Source: a virus. Taken from it: DNA of 64,000 bases. The notes under the pieces are model-generated. The model searched no databases and had not been told where the DNA came from. It was given only the letters and a program-made list of their open reading frames with translations. Position numbers and translations under genes: made by a program. The DNA is taken from positions 1-64,000 of IMG/VR virus record IMGVR_UViG_3300042691_019533; one strand, 5' to 3'. Below, in pieces: positions 1 to 9,483 of the stretch; positions within the stretch are counted from its first letter, which is position 1; every line of letters begins with the position of its first letter.

Positions 1-120
1 AGCCCCTGACTGCGGCGGTGCTCCAGCATCAGCAGTTGGAGAAAATGTGCCATTAGCAGCAGTTAACCAAGTTGTTGCTGAACTCCAAAGACCAGATTGT
101 TTAGAAATATAGATTGCCAT
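1..120 (-). CDS. Partial virion/tail-associated protein (N-terminus only; runs off the window)
   Basis: ATG at 120 reads MAIYISKQSGLWSSATTWLTAANGTFSPTADAGAPPQSGA with no stop before position 1. It starts 3 nt after the stop of the upstream fibre gene. Confidence 0.6.
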   Translation of the reverse strand, partial: MAIYISKQSGLWSSATTWLTAANGTFSPTADAGAPPQSGA

Positions 121-123
121 TTG

Positions 124-804
124 TTATAAAATTATTTTTTTGGTTGCTATAAGATTACTTAGCGTAGGATTAGTGAAATTTCCATAGAAAGAATCTTCAC
201 TTCCATTGGTTGCTATGTATCTATAATATGTTTTGTCTGTTGTAGCTGTTGAATATACATATGTATATACATCTCCAGTACCTATTGTTGCTAATAGTGT
301 TGGAGTTGTTTTAGTACCTCTTACGAGTGTCATCCAATCTATTAGAGTACCTTGATAGTATTTTGCTGATACTGTATCAGTAACTGTTAAGTCATTTGTT
401 ACAAATATATTAGTAGCTGTTAAATTTACAGAGTTTGCAGCAACATAACTATAAGCAGAATCCCAATTTGCAGAATTGGATTGAGTTGTTGTGTATGTAG
501 AATCCCAGTTAGATGACAATGAACTTAATGTTGAATATGTGGATTCCCAATTTGATGTTAGTGATCGGACTTCAGTATCGGTCGAACTAGAACCAGATCC
601 AGAACCAATTTCAATCCAAGTATCTTTTGCCGTATTTAGTTGATATATTTTTTGCGTTTGTAAATCTGATACGATTTGACCCGCATATCTAAGAGGGTTT
701 GTTAAATAGGTTAGTCTATCAGATGTAGTTGTAAACACTTGATCTTGATCAAGTGGTCCGCTATACTGTCTTTCAAATTGAAGTGGAAATAGTAAACTAG
801 CCAT
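124..804 (-). CDS. Putative tail-fibre/virion structural protein
   Basis: 226 aa, Ser/Thr-rich. Has a GSGSGS linker, then a Trp-every-14-residues segment shared with the adjacent 969-aa fibre. Confidence 0.6.
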   Translation of the reverse strand: MASLLFPLQFERQYSGPLDQDQVFTTTSDRLTYLTNPLRYAGQIVSDLQTQKIYQLNTAKDTWIEIGSGSGSSSTDTEVRSLTSNWESTYSTLSSLSSNWDSTYTTTQSNSANWDSAYSYVAANSVNLTATNIFVTNDLTVTDTVSAKYYQGTLIDWMTLVRGTKTTPTLLATIGTGDVYTYVYSTATTDKTYYRYIATNGSEDSFYGNFTNPTLSNLIATKKIIL

Positions 805-805
805 A

Positions 806-3715
806 TTATATTGTTACGTTATATGTTGCTGCTTGTGTGAAAGCCGCAACTGGTGTATATTTATAAACCTTATAGTTTGTAGCACTATATCCATTTGCAC
901 CTTCAACAGAAACTGTAGTTTGCGTAAAGTTTGCTTTAACATCAGCATCAAATCCTTCTTGATATAAAACAGAATTTACATTTCTTAGTGAGCTTGGATA
1001 TGCAAATACAACATTAACTGTTCCTATCGGAATAGATATTGTAAAAGTTGATCCATTTGATGGGTTTAATAATGATCCAGCCAGACTTCTTATATCCGAA
1101 CTATTTGCTGCTGTATTATCAACACCATAAAATGCTTTTCTTCTTCCATAAACTGGAGTTGATACCGCTATTGTATTAGATGCAAGTGGTGATAGATAGT
1201 TTTGACCTTTGCTGTCAACTGGTTGAGGTCCGGTTGCATAAGTTACGCTTCCATTGAAAGTGTTTGTGCCTTCTTGTATTATTGCAGTAGCTGATGTATA
1301 AGCTGACGTTGTCCCATTATTTACACCAAGTATTATATATTGAGTTGCCGTACCAGATCTGTAATCTTGTAATGTATTTGGATCCCAAATACTAGCAACC
1401 GTTTTACCTGTTATTGCACCTCTATTAAGATTTACCGTTAATGTAATTCCTTCAGTTCCTGCTTCAACATTTGTACCAATACTGGAAGACATTGTTGCAG
1501 ATGGTGCTGTTATTGTTGGATAATATATTTTAGTTAACAATGTTTCTACAAATTGTTGGAATGATGTGTTTTGCGGAACAATTTGTGCGATTTCAATACC
1601 ACCAACTTCAACATCAGATGTTACTGCGCTTATTAAGGTAGTGTTAGATGATGTTCCCCATGTTGCCGATTGTGATTGAACTGTACTGGTTGTATTATCC
1701 CAAATTGATGATAATGAACTTAAAGTGGAATATGTAGAGTTCCAATTAGATGTTAAACTTCTGACTTCAGTATCAGTGGAATTATCTAAATTCCATGCAG
1801 CACTATTAGATTGAATTGTTGTATATGCAAGATTACCATTTATCCAATCACCAGTAAGAGCTTTTATATCTGTTCCTTGATAATTCCAATTAACGGAGCT
1901 ATTAGCAAGAACTGTGTTATATGTGGAATTCCAATCACCAGTAAGAGCTTTTATATCTGTTCCTTGATAATTCCAATTAACGGAGCTATTAGCAAGAACG
2001 GTGTTATATGTGGAATTCCAATCACCAGTGAGTGCTTTGATATCTGTTCCTTGATAATTCCAAGTAGAGGAATTAGTTTGAACATTTGTATATGTGTTTT
2101 CCCAATTTGATGTTAGTGATCTGACTTCAGTATCGGTGGAATTATCTAAATTCCATGCGGCACTATTAGATTGAATTGTTGTGTATGCAAGATTACCATT
2201 TATCCAATCGCCTGTAAGAGCTTTTATATCGGTTCCTTGATAATTCCAAACCGAAGAAGAATTGCTTTGAACGGTTGTATAAACAGAATTAGCCTTACTA
2301 GCAACATCAGTTAATCCATTAATCTTAGATTGATCAATAGCAGCATTAGCTGCAACATCAGTATTAACTAATAAAGAAGCGGGAGTCTGATAAACACCAT
2401 CAATTACTTTTAATAAACCAGAACCACCCACGCTTGGAAAAGTTGTATGAACGTGTGTTGGGGATGTTCCACCAAAGTAAATTGTAACGTTTTTGTTGCT
2501 TTGTGTTCCCTTAGCTCTTAATTCGATGTATATTCGATCTGTTGTTAAAAGTGTAGTTTGTGGAAATACAACAGAAGCAATATATTGAGAAGGTGTATTC
2601 GGATCGTATAGATATATATCACCAGAAGATGCAAGTAATGTTGGAACATTTGAACCATCGTATTTGTATACATCCAACTTTAAAATCATTTGATCTTTTG
2701 TAGTTGCTGTAGAATCTGCCCAAATATTAAAATCCCACAAACCAGCAGGAATTACTGTTGTTTGTGGACTTGCTGTTAAAGAAACAAATCCGCAAATTAA
2801 ATCATAATTTGTTGTTGATACATTGGTTAGTGTATAAGAAGAACCTCCAACAACACCCGTTATTCCAAGTTCCTTTGGTGTATTTGGAGTAGCTGGAAGA
2901 TTTGTTGTTGGTGTTTGGGCTGCATTTGCATAGTTTAAATAATAAACTAAACCGCCGCCACCGGAGCCGCCATTTGGAATTGCTCCAGGAGTCCAAGCTG
3001 TTCCTGTCCATTGTAATGTTTGACCATTGACTGGGGATTGGGTGGAAATTGGACTACCTTGAATAGCTACTACTTTTGCACTTACAGAACCAGTATTACT
3101 AACAGTTGTTGTTATATCACCATTAAATACTGGTAGTCTAGCAGCACCAAGAGTTCCACTAGTAATATCAGAAGCATTAATCTGAAATTGTCCATATATA
3201 TTACCTTGAGAGCTTAAATTATTTACATATGTAAAGTTAGCCGAATGAGAACTTAATCCAGATCCCAATATAAAACTATTTGTATGTGAAATTAAATTAC
3301 TGGATCCCGCAGCAATAAAAGAATAATCCCCATTCGCAGTTATTTTATTTTTTAATCCAGATCCGATTAATGAAAAATCTCCAGCTATGTCATTATCTTC
3401 ACCATTTATTACAGAAGAACCGCCTCCCGTAATATCATTATTATATCCATTTAAAACACTAGCAAATACTTGATTTACTGTATTATTACCATATTTAAAA
3501 TTAACAGAGCTGTAGTAATGATTTAAAGTATAAGGATAATCATTATCATTTAAAAAAGAAACGATTGATGTTAATGATCCATTAACGGTTTTAGTAAAAA
3601 TTTTACCATCAGCCGTATTCAATGATAACTCACCAACATCTATAGATGATAGCAACGGAATACTATTAGTATTGCTATTTCTTTTTATTAAAATTTTATT
3701 ATATCCCAATGACAT
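806..3715 (-). CDS. Long tail fibre / adhesin-like virion protein with internal repeats
   Basis: 969 aa. N-terminal KILIKR...GELSLNTADGKIF fibre-anchor motif, Gly/Asn beta-helix-like repeats, GQTLQWTGTAWTP motif, four WNYQGTDIKALTGDW repeats and a Thr-rich beta-sandwich-like C-terminus. Confidence 0.75.
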   Translation of the reverse strand: MSLGYNKILIKRNSNTNSIPLLSSIDVGELSLNTADGKIFTKTVNGSLTSIVSFLNDNDYPYTLNHYYSSVNFKYGNNTVNQVFASVLNGYNNDITGGGSSVINGEDNDIAGDFSLIGSGLKNKITANGDYSFIAAGSSNLISHTNSFILGSGLSSHSANFTYVNNLSSQGNIYGQFQINASDITSGTLGAARLPVFNGDITTTVSNTGSVSAKVVAIQGSPISTQSPVNGQTLQWTGTAWTPGAIPNGGSGGGGLVYYLNYANAAQTPTTNLPATPNTPKELGITGVVGGSSYTLTNVSTTNYDLICGFVSLTASPQTTVIPAGLWDFNIWADSTATTKDQMILKLDVYKYDGSNVPTLLASSGDIYLYDPNTPSQYIASVVFPQTTLLTTDRIYIELRAKGTQSNKNVTIYFGGTSPTHVHTTFPSVGGSGLLKVIDGVYQTPASLLVNTDVAANAAIDQSKINGLTDVASKANSVYTTVQSNSSSVWNYQGTDIKALTGDWINGNLAYTTIQSNSAAWNLDNSTDTEVRSLTSNWENTYTNVQTNSSTWNYQGTDIKALTGDWNSTYNTVLANSSVNWNYQGTDIKALTGDWNSTYNTVLANSSVNWNYQGTDIKALTGDWINGNLAYTTIQSNSAAWNLDNSTDTEVRSLTSNWNSTYSTLSSLSSIWDNTTSTVQSQSATWGTSSNTTLISAVTSDVEVGGIEIAQIVPQNTSFQQFVETLLTKIYYPTITAPSATMSSSIGTNVEAGTEGITLTVNLNRGAITGKTVASIWDPNTLQDYRSGTATQYIILGVNNGTTSAYTSATAIIQEGTNTFNGSVTYATGPQPVDSKGQNYLSPLASNTIAVSTPVYGRRKAFYGVDNTAANSSDIRSLAGSLLNPSNGSTFTISIPIGTVNVVFAYPSSLRNVNSVLYQEGFDADVKANFTQTTVSVEGANGYSATNYKVYKYTPVAAFTQAATYNVTI
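1741..2249. repeat. About 149-bp direct repeat (1741-1889 and 2101-2249) inside the tail-fibre gene
   Basis: Both copies encode WNYQGTDIKALTGDWINGNLAYTTIQSNSAAWNLDNSTDTEVRSLTSNW, 360 bp apart, with only synonymous differences. Confidence 0.9.
1844..2062. repeat. 87-bp (29-aa) tandem repeat, about 2.5 copies, inside the tail-fibre gene
   Basis: Unit ccaatcaccagtaagagcttttatatctgttccttgataattccaattaacgg... starts at 1844, 1931 and (partially) 2018. Confidence 0.9.
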
Positions 3716-3717
3716 AA

Positions 3718-3855
3718 TTATTTTTTAAGTTGTTTTATTTTTGATATATTTGTCGTAACTATTTCTTTGTTTTCAAACGAAATTACTTTTTTTTCCCGTT
3801 TGAAACGCTTTTTATATAAACTATAAAATATATCTTTTATTTTTTTAAAAAACAT
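3718..3855 (-). CDS. Small basic hypothetical protein (45 aa, not in the ORF track)
   Basis: Reads MFFKKIKDIFYSLYKKRFKREKKVISFENKEIVTTNISKIKQLKK*. It ends 2 nt before the fibre ATG and has a TAAGTA motif 5 nt upstream. Confidence 0.45.
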   Translation of the reverse strand: MFFKKIKDIFYSLYKKRFKREKKVISFENKEIVTTNISKIKQLKK

Positions 3856-3930
3856 GTAATTACTTATACAAAAAATATAAATTTCAAACCTATATTTCTT
3901 TATAATTAGTTTGTTTTTAATTTAGATGTA

Positions 3931-3968
3931 AAAAAGAAAACTCTAGATTTATAAATCTAGAGTTTTCT
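3931..3968 (-). terminator. Intrinsic terminator / perfect 34-bp palindrome
   Basis: agaaaactctagattta|taaatctagagttttct (3935-3968) is followed on the minus strand by a T-run, 20 nt after the stop of 3989..4945. Confidence 0.7.
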
Positions 3969-3988
3969 AATTTTATTTAGTTTATTTT

Positions 3989-4933
3989 TTAGAATGAACC
4001 ACCATCAACAATAAACCCTATGATTGAAGATGTTACATAATTACCGGATAGGTTATTATTTAAAGTTACTGTAGAATCTACATATAAGGTGCCTGTTAAA
4101 TTAGCACTTACTCCATATAAATTTCCAGTAGCAGAAATATTACCACTAACTGTTAACTTTTCATTTGGGGTTGCGGTATTAATACCAACATTACCACCAT
4201 CTTTAATGATTAATGCTGTAGTAGAATCATCTAAAAAGGTAGCAATATCATTAGCACCGGTCTGAGTAATTGTTAATGCTGGACCGGAACCACTATTAGT
4301 GACTGAAAATGCACTTGTTGCGGTTACGGTAGTTTCTATTACTGAACTAGCACCATAGACTTTAAAATCACCTTGAACAGTTAAATTACCAGAAGCATCG
4401 ATATTTGCGAAACTTGCATTTTTATCGTTATCAATGACTACGGTGCTATCTATTTTATATGCACTAGTAGAAACGTAGTCGGTTACGTCTATGTACTTTT
4501 GGAAAATTGCATTATCAAAAAAGGTTTTAACTCCGGAAATAGTTTGTGCGGTAGTACGATCAACGAAATCGGCATTAATGTTAGCGGCTAAATCGTCTAC
4601 GTATACTTTCGAAGCTGCGTCATTGTTCGCGCTTGGATATGCAACGTTTGTTAATAAATTACCTCCAACATCAATTAATGAATTAGTTGAAAATGTTGTT
4701 GATGATAATGTGGTATATCCTAAGAATACTTTATCACCAAGAATATTTTGATTTAGGGTTCTACTAACGAATGCTCCATCGCCCCCGATAGCGAGCGCAC
4801 CCCCAGTTGCTCCATAATATAGAGTGTTATTTTTTTCGCTGAAAGCTAATTCACCACCAGACAGTACTGGTAAGGAGTTTAATACGCTATCCGCAAGACG
4901 ACGTTTGATTAAGATTGTATTGATAGTAGACAT
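3989..4933 (-). CDS. Tail fibre-like structural protein
   Basis: Likely start is the ATG at 4933 (MSTINTILIKRR...GGELAF). Contains DAASKVYVD, QTISGVKTF and GNVGINTATPNEKLTVSGNI fibre motifs and a C-terminal DGGSF. Confidence 0.7.
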   Translation of the reverse strand: MSTINTILIKRRLADSVLNSLPVLSGGELAFSEKNNTLYYGATGGALAIGGDGAFVSRTLNQNILGDKVFLGYTTLSSTTFSTNSLIDVGGNLLTNVAYPSANNDAASKVYVDDLAANINADFVDRTTAQTISGVKTFFDNAIFQKYIDVTDYVSTSAYKIDSTVVIDNDKNASFANIDASGNLTVQGDFKVYGASSVIETTVTATSAFSVTNSGSGPALTITQTGANDIATFLDDSTTALIIKDGGNVGINTATPNEKLTVSGNISATGNLYGVSANLTGTLYVDSTVTLNNNLSGNYVTSSIIGFIVDGGSF

Positions 4934-4985
4934 AAATGTATGCAAAAATACTTACCTTTAATTTATTCCATTTTTATTTTTTTTA

Positions 4986-5339
4986 TTAAAAATAACCAGC
5001 ATCAATAATTCCTTTATTGATATATTCTGTCGTTTCTTGCCATCCCCCACTGAAGCCAATCTGTAAAGTGTCTAGCTCTAAAGCGGTTTCTATCCATTTA
5101 GCCGTTGTTGCGTCTTGCAAAGTATCCATTTCTAAAGCAGTTTCTATCCATTTACCTGATAATATCATCATATTATTAGTTGCGTTAGAAATATTACTAT
5201 AATTTGAACTTAAATTCGATAGTATTGCATAATAAAATCCTAAGTTTGGACTTTTATCATCTATTATGACGCTTATATTTTGTATGTTGTCGTTTATAGT
5301 GATATTACTCATCTGGTTATGCTTGGTAATATTTCCCAA
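4986..5339 (-). CDS. Small structural protein with an 18-aa repeat
   Basis: KWIETALE(M/L)DTLQ occurs twice, 54 bp apart. C-terminal IDAGYF resembles the neighbour's VDGGSF. True start may be the ATG at 5312. Confidence 0.5.
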   Translation of the reverse strand: MGNITKHNQMSNITINDNIQNISVIIDDKSPNLGFYYAILSNLSSNYSNISNATNNMMILSGKWIETALEMDTLQDATTAKWIETALELDTLQIGFSGGWQETTEYINKGIIDAGYF

Positions 5340-5653
5340 TCTCCTTTTAGATACGTTTTAATATTTCCTGTTGGAAATTTAACTTTTAAATCATATTTGT
5401 ATAAACCAGTAGGAATATCAACTATTTGAGGTGGGATATTTATAGTTCCATTATTTGGTTGTATAATTAATATGCTATTATTTAAATTTGAAAACTCAAA
5501 AAATACCGGAGATGCTAAATTTTGCCAAGATCTAACTTGTATTGATACTTCACAATTATTTAAATTAATAGCGGACCCCTGAGAAAGTATCGTTATAGTC
5601 GATATTCCATCCCATGTGTCTCCAGCTATATGTTTAGGAAAATTATAAGTCAT
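5309..5653 (-). CDS. Small beta-sandwich virion protein (BppU-N-like)
   Basis: GDT motif near the N-terminus and G-x-Y-x-YDL...TYLKG pattern typical of small fibre-associated Ig-like proteins. Confidence 0.5.
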   Translation of the reverse strand: MTYNFPKHIAGDTWDGISTITILSQGSAINLNNCEVSIQVRSWQNLASPVFFEFSNLNNSILIIQPNNGTINIPPQIVDIPTGLYKYDLKVKFPTGNIKTYLKGDWEILPSITR

Positions 5654-5665
5654 ATTTTAAAGAAA

Positions 5666-7507
5666 TTAAACTGGTGTTGGAGTTTCTCCTCCAGTGGGTT
5701 GTTGTTCAGTCTCGGCTCCTTCTGGGGTTTCTTCTGATGCTGTTGCTGTTTCAGCTGTTCCAAATTCTGGGATTGCTGAAGCTCCACCTCCTCCAGCCCC
5801 TCCAAATTCGCTGGATGGTGCTGATGGTGCTTCACCGCCCATAGCTTGTTCTGCTGCGTTTTCTGTAGCTTCTATTTGTTCTCTCCAATTTGGTCCTAAT
5901 TGAGCTATCTTATCAAGTTCCCATTTAAATGCTGCGTCTTTTCTAAGCCACTCCATGTTTTCGCTAATTTTACTATCTCCAAATGAAAGATAATGTCTTT
6001 GTGCAAAAGTTTTAGATATAGAATCGGTCTGTGATATATCAGAAAATATTTTATATTTTAACTCAAATTCTTGATTTTTTCTAATTGCAAAAAAATTAGA
6101 GGGTGGATTAAATTCTAAATTAAACATTATTTCATTTAATTTAAATTCTTTCCAAATATTTTTTAATTTTAAATGTGTAATAAATGAATTTTTAAACGCT
6201 TCAGCAAATTGATTTTGTATTCTAATTACAAATTTTGCAAATTTTAATTCTTCTCTTAGTATTTCAGCCCCATCTTTAAATCCAGATTCCGGATTTATTC
6301 TAGTTAATGGAACTTTTAATGCTTTATATAATTTATTTACGAAATACATTAAATCTTCCAGTTTTCCTAAATTTTGTCCTCCCTGCAACATTTCCACATC
6401 AGAACCAGTTTCTCCTGTTCTTTTAGCAAACCAAAAAGAATCAAGCATTGATTGTGGATCGTAAACGTTTCCTGCTCCTTGCGTAGATCCCGAATCGTAT
6501 GTTTTCTTTGACCAATATGCTTGCATTAGTTGTTTTAAATATGCTTCTGCTTTTGCTGGCGGCATATTACCAACGTCTATTTTAAATTTAAGTCTTTCTG
6601 GTGCTCTAACCATTCTATAAATAACTATAGCATCTTCTAGAAGCGATAATTGTTTATATGCTCTTCTTGCTTGTTCTATAAATGGAGTTCTTATAGTTAG
6701 ATCTTCACTCCATGATCCCGAATGAATATATGTTACTTGATTGCCTTCTAATGTAATTAATTGTTGCTGTAAAGTATTTGCTGGATTTTGTTGATTATTA
6801 ATATTTTTTCTATCTTTATCTTGTAAATTTATAGGTTTTTGAAATATAAAATTTTGAATTATTTCGTTTTGGATATTATCATATATAGGATTAATTAACT
6901 CTCCCGGTATAGTTAATGCTCCAATTATACCTAGTTCTTTTTTTTCTTCATGTACGATATTTTCAAAAAATAATTCTCCTTCGGTTAAGAATTGTCTACA
7001 ATAACCCCATCCACGTGATTCTAAATCGAAATTTTTTATAAATTTATAAAATTCTTTTTCTATAGTGGTTCTAGTTTCAGAATCCGTTTTTCCAATTCCA
7101 GTAAAATTAATTTTAATTATTTTACCATTTTCATCTTTTGTTAAGAACTCATCGCAAATCTCATCCAAACAATCTGATATTTCAGCATAAGATGCCATTC
7201 TTCTATATTCTGATAATCTTCTTGTTTTATCTGAATCCACATTTGCATAAATATATTTATGATATGCTTTATCTGATGCGAAAGTTCCCGCTGATGCATC
7301 ATCTTGATAGAAAGGTCCGGTTATTACGGACTGTTTCATTACTCTTAACTGTCTATTCTTTGAAATTCTTTCAAACAACTCATATTTTGGATTATTAACG
7401 TCTGCTTCTGTAGTAGCTTGTACATATGGAAGTTTTTGCAGTATAGATGATACGAAACTTCTACCTGTATCTAATTGTTTATTTGGAGTTGGAATTATAG
7501 AAGGCAT
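5666..7507 (-). CDS. gp20: Portal vertex protein (T4 gp20-like)
   Basis: YRRMA, LEDAIVIYRMVRAPERLKFKIDVGNMPPAKAEAYL, GGQNLG, KLYKALKVPLTR and ILREELKFAKF are gp20 signatures. Confidence 0.95.
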   Translation of the reverse strand: MPSIIPTPNKQLDTGRSFVSSILQKLPYVQATTEADVNNPKYELFERISKNRQLRVMKQSVITGPFYQDDASAGTFASDKAYHKYIYANVDSDKTRRLSEYRRMASYAEISDCLDEICDEFLTKDENGKIIKINFTGIGKTDSETRTTIEKEFYKFIKNFDLESRGWGYCRQFLTEGELFFENIVHEEKKELGIIGALTIPGELINPIYDNIQNEIIQNFIFQKPINLQDKDRKNINNQQNPANTLQQQLITLEGNQVTYIHSGSWSEDLTIRTPFIEQARRAYKQLSLLEDAIVIYRMVRAPERLKFKIDVGNMPPAKAEAYLKQLMQAYWSKKTYDSGSTQGAGNVYDPQSMLDSFWFAKRTGETGSDVEMLQGGQNLGKLEDLMYFVNKLYKALKVPLTRINPESGFKDGAEILREELKFAKFVIRIQNQFAEAFKNSFITHLKLKNIWKEFKLNEIMFNLEFNPPSNFFAIRKNQEFELKYKIFSDISQTDSISKTFAQRHYLSFGDSKISENMEWLRKDAAFKWELDKIAQLGPNWREQIEATENAAEQAMGGEAPSAPSSEFGGAGGGGASAIPEFGTAETATASEETPEGAETEQQPTGGETPTPV

Positions 7508-7560
7508 TTTTATTAATTTATTTATTACTTATTAGAATTAAAAATAAAATCATTATATTT

Positions 7561-8094
7561 TTATATATATATTCTATCATCATTTTCTTGTAAAAGATAC
7601 CCTTCATAATTTTGCAAGATAATAAACGGAAATATTAAATTTATATATATTCCAGAAATTGTAGGATTAAAATATTCAAATTGCTGAACACATGTTGTTT
7701 TTAATATAGAATCATTTGTTAATTTCGTATATCCCGCTTCGTTTTCTATTATTATATCTACAAATCCACTCGAATTAATAGATTGTGGAATGTCGAATAT
7801 TAAAAAATTATCAGTAAAACTAAAATTTTGTATTTTTTTAGCATAAAACATTAAATTTTTAGCTGATAAATTTTGTACTCCAGAAAAAGGGTTATAAAAA
7901 GTAGCATCTAAAAACATGTTTATTTCAGAAGAACTTAAATATACATTTGAAATATTTAAAAAACTACCATCTAATATTATTTCAAAACTGTTTTTAGAAG
8001 ATAATTCCGATTTAAATATAGTTAATTTATTTTTATTAACTTTATATATTTTGGGTTTTGCTGATATTGTTTTTGTTTCTTTTTTACATTTCAT
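7561..8094 (-). CDS. Hypothetical protein (possible virion Ig-like protein)
   Basis: 177-aa ORF directly downstream of gp15. DIIIENEAGY motif and C-terminal YLLQENDD. Confidence 0.5.
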   Translation of the reverse strand: MKCKKETKTISAKPKIYKVNKNKLTIFKSELSSKNSFEIILDGSFLNISNVYLSSSEINMFLDATFYNPFSGVQNLSAKNLMFYAKKIQNFSFTDNFLIFDIPQSINSSGFVDIIIENEAGYTKLTNDSILKTTCVQQFEYFNPTISGIYINLIFPFIILQNYEGYLLQENDDRIYI

Positions 8095-8095
8095 A

Positions 8096-8860
8096 CTATT
8101 CGCAACATTTTTCTTCTTCTGTACTATTTTCTATTAATTCATCTATATCTATGAATGGATTTTCGTTTAAATTTTTTTCTATGCAATTTAAATCTAAAAA
8201 TTCTGAATCTATAGTATAAATTTTTTTGTATATATCATTAGTGTTTTTAAACATCCAACCTTTTATTATAAAAGATGTATCAGCCACTACTCTAAATGGT
8301 TGATTTCCTTGTAAATCTATTGGGTATTGCATATTAATATCTCCTGTCCATAATATTTCAGTTCTTATTTCATAATCTATATTAGATTTATCTAAAGCTG
8401 GAATTTTCCAAGATATTATTATATAAGGATCGCAATATGGAACAAAATTTGTTATTATTTGATCCATGTCAGATTGATATTTTGTCAAAATTGACATATT
8501 TATGCCTATATTAATTGGTATTGGTGGTGGAATTCTTTTAACTAATTGTTCAGTGTTTATTTTTGGGTTATAATTTATGTTAAACCCTTCAATTTTATTA
8601 AAAACTCTAGTTTGATCTCTAGATATTCTACTAATATTAATAGATACTATGGGTAAAGTTAATCCTCCGGGGGCTTTATTAGTTAGAGACGAAAATACTC
8701 TTTGTTTTGGAGCATAAACAAAAGATACTTTATGTTGAGATATAGCAGAATCTGATGTTTTTTTATTAGGTTCGTATCTTTTTATTATTATATCATTAAA
8801 TGCAGACGTAAATTGTTCTACAAGAGTTTGTATTTCCCAATTATAAGTATATCTTTTCAC
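8096..8860 (-). CDS. gp15: Tail sheath stabiliser/terminator (T4 gp15-like)
   Basis: F..AFNDI.IKR, V.FVYAPKQR, LP..S, P.PINI...MSILTKYQSDMDQI...F.P and F.IKGW match the gp15 pattern. Confidence 0.8.
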   Translation of the reverse strand: MKRYTYNWEIQTLVEQFTSAFNDIIIKRYEPNKKTSDSAISQHKVSFVYAPKQRVFSSLTNKAPGGLTLPIVSINISRISRDQTRVFNKIEGFNINYNPKINTEQLVKRIPPPIPINIGINMSILTKYQSDMDQIITNFVPYCDPYIIISWKIPALDKSNIDYEIRTEILWTGDINMQYPIDLQGNQPFRVVADTSFIIKGWMFKNTNDIYKKIYTIDSEFLDLNCIEKNLNENPFIDIDELIENSTEEEKCCE

Positions 8861-8903
8861 GGCTATTATATTTACCGAAAAAAATATTCTTATTGGTTAG
8901 TAT

Positions 8904-9140
8904 TTAATTTTTAATTAAATTAAAATCTATATTTTTTTTAATGCAATTACATACAGTAAAAGTAAAATTATTAGAATCTCTTCCGCAATGTCCTCTACCG
9001 AAACATTTTTTGCAGTTTTGTTTTGGTTTATTTAAAAGAGGAATTTGTCCTTGATTTAATAACGGAAAATCTTTTTCCGGTATAGAATAAAAAGTTCCAG
9101 AAAATGCACTATATATAAATTTTTCGTTTTTAGTTTGCAT
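8904..9140 (-). CDS. Small zinc-finger protein
   Basis: CKKCFGRG...C-x-C motif in 78 aa. Confidence 0.55.
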   Translation of the reverse strand: MQTKNEKFIYSAFSGTFYSIPEKDFPLLNQGQIPLLNKPKQNCKKCFGRGHCGRDSNNFTFTVCNCIKKNIDFNLIKN

Positions 9141-9483
9141 AAATTGTTAATATCGTATTCCAAAATTTATTACCTGATAATTTTTGAGGATAAGACAATA
9201 AATTTGGTTCTATCTCAGGAGTTTGTTTACTTAAAGTTTTAATTCTATAATCAAAATATATCAACTTATCGTCTATGTGAGTTTCAACATTATAAGGTAT
9301 TGGTATCTCCACTTTAATATTACTCTTTTTTTCGTTACTAATAATAAAAGTTATATAAAAATTTTTTTGATGAAAAATTATTAATTTTCCTCTTTTAAAA
9401 ATTTTATTATTAATTTCAAATGAAATATCTTTTTGTAAAAGATATTTGCAAATATTTTCTAATTCTGTTCCTGCTATAGACAT
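9130..9483 (-). CDS. Hypothetical protein
   Basis: 117-aa ORF translationally coupled to both neighbours. Confidence 0.6.
   Translation of the reverse strand: MSIAGTELENICKYLLQKDISFEINNKIFKRGKLIIFHQKNFYITFIISNEKKSNIKVEIPIPYNVETHIDDKLIYFDYRIKTLSKQTPEIEPNLLSYPQKLSGNKFWNTILTIYAN

Noticed and set aside
1741-2249. Fibre repeats as a CRISPR array or DGR template/variable repeat pair
   Set aside because: The repeats are in-frame coding, have no unique spacers and differ at synonymous rather than adenine-specific positions. No cas or reverse transcriptase gene is in the window.
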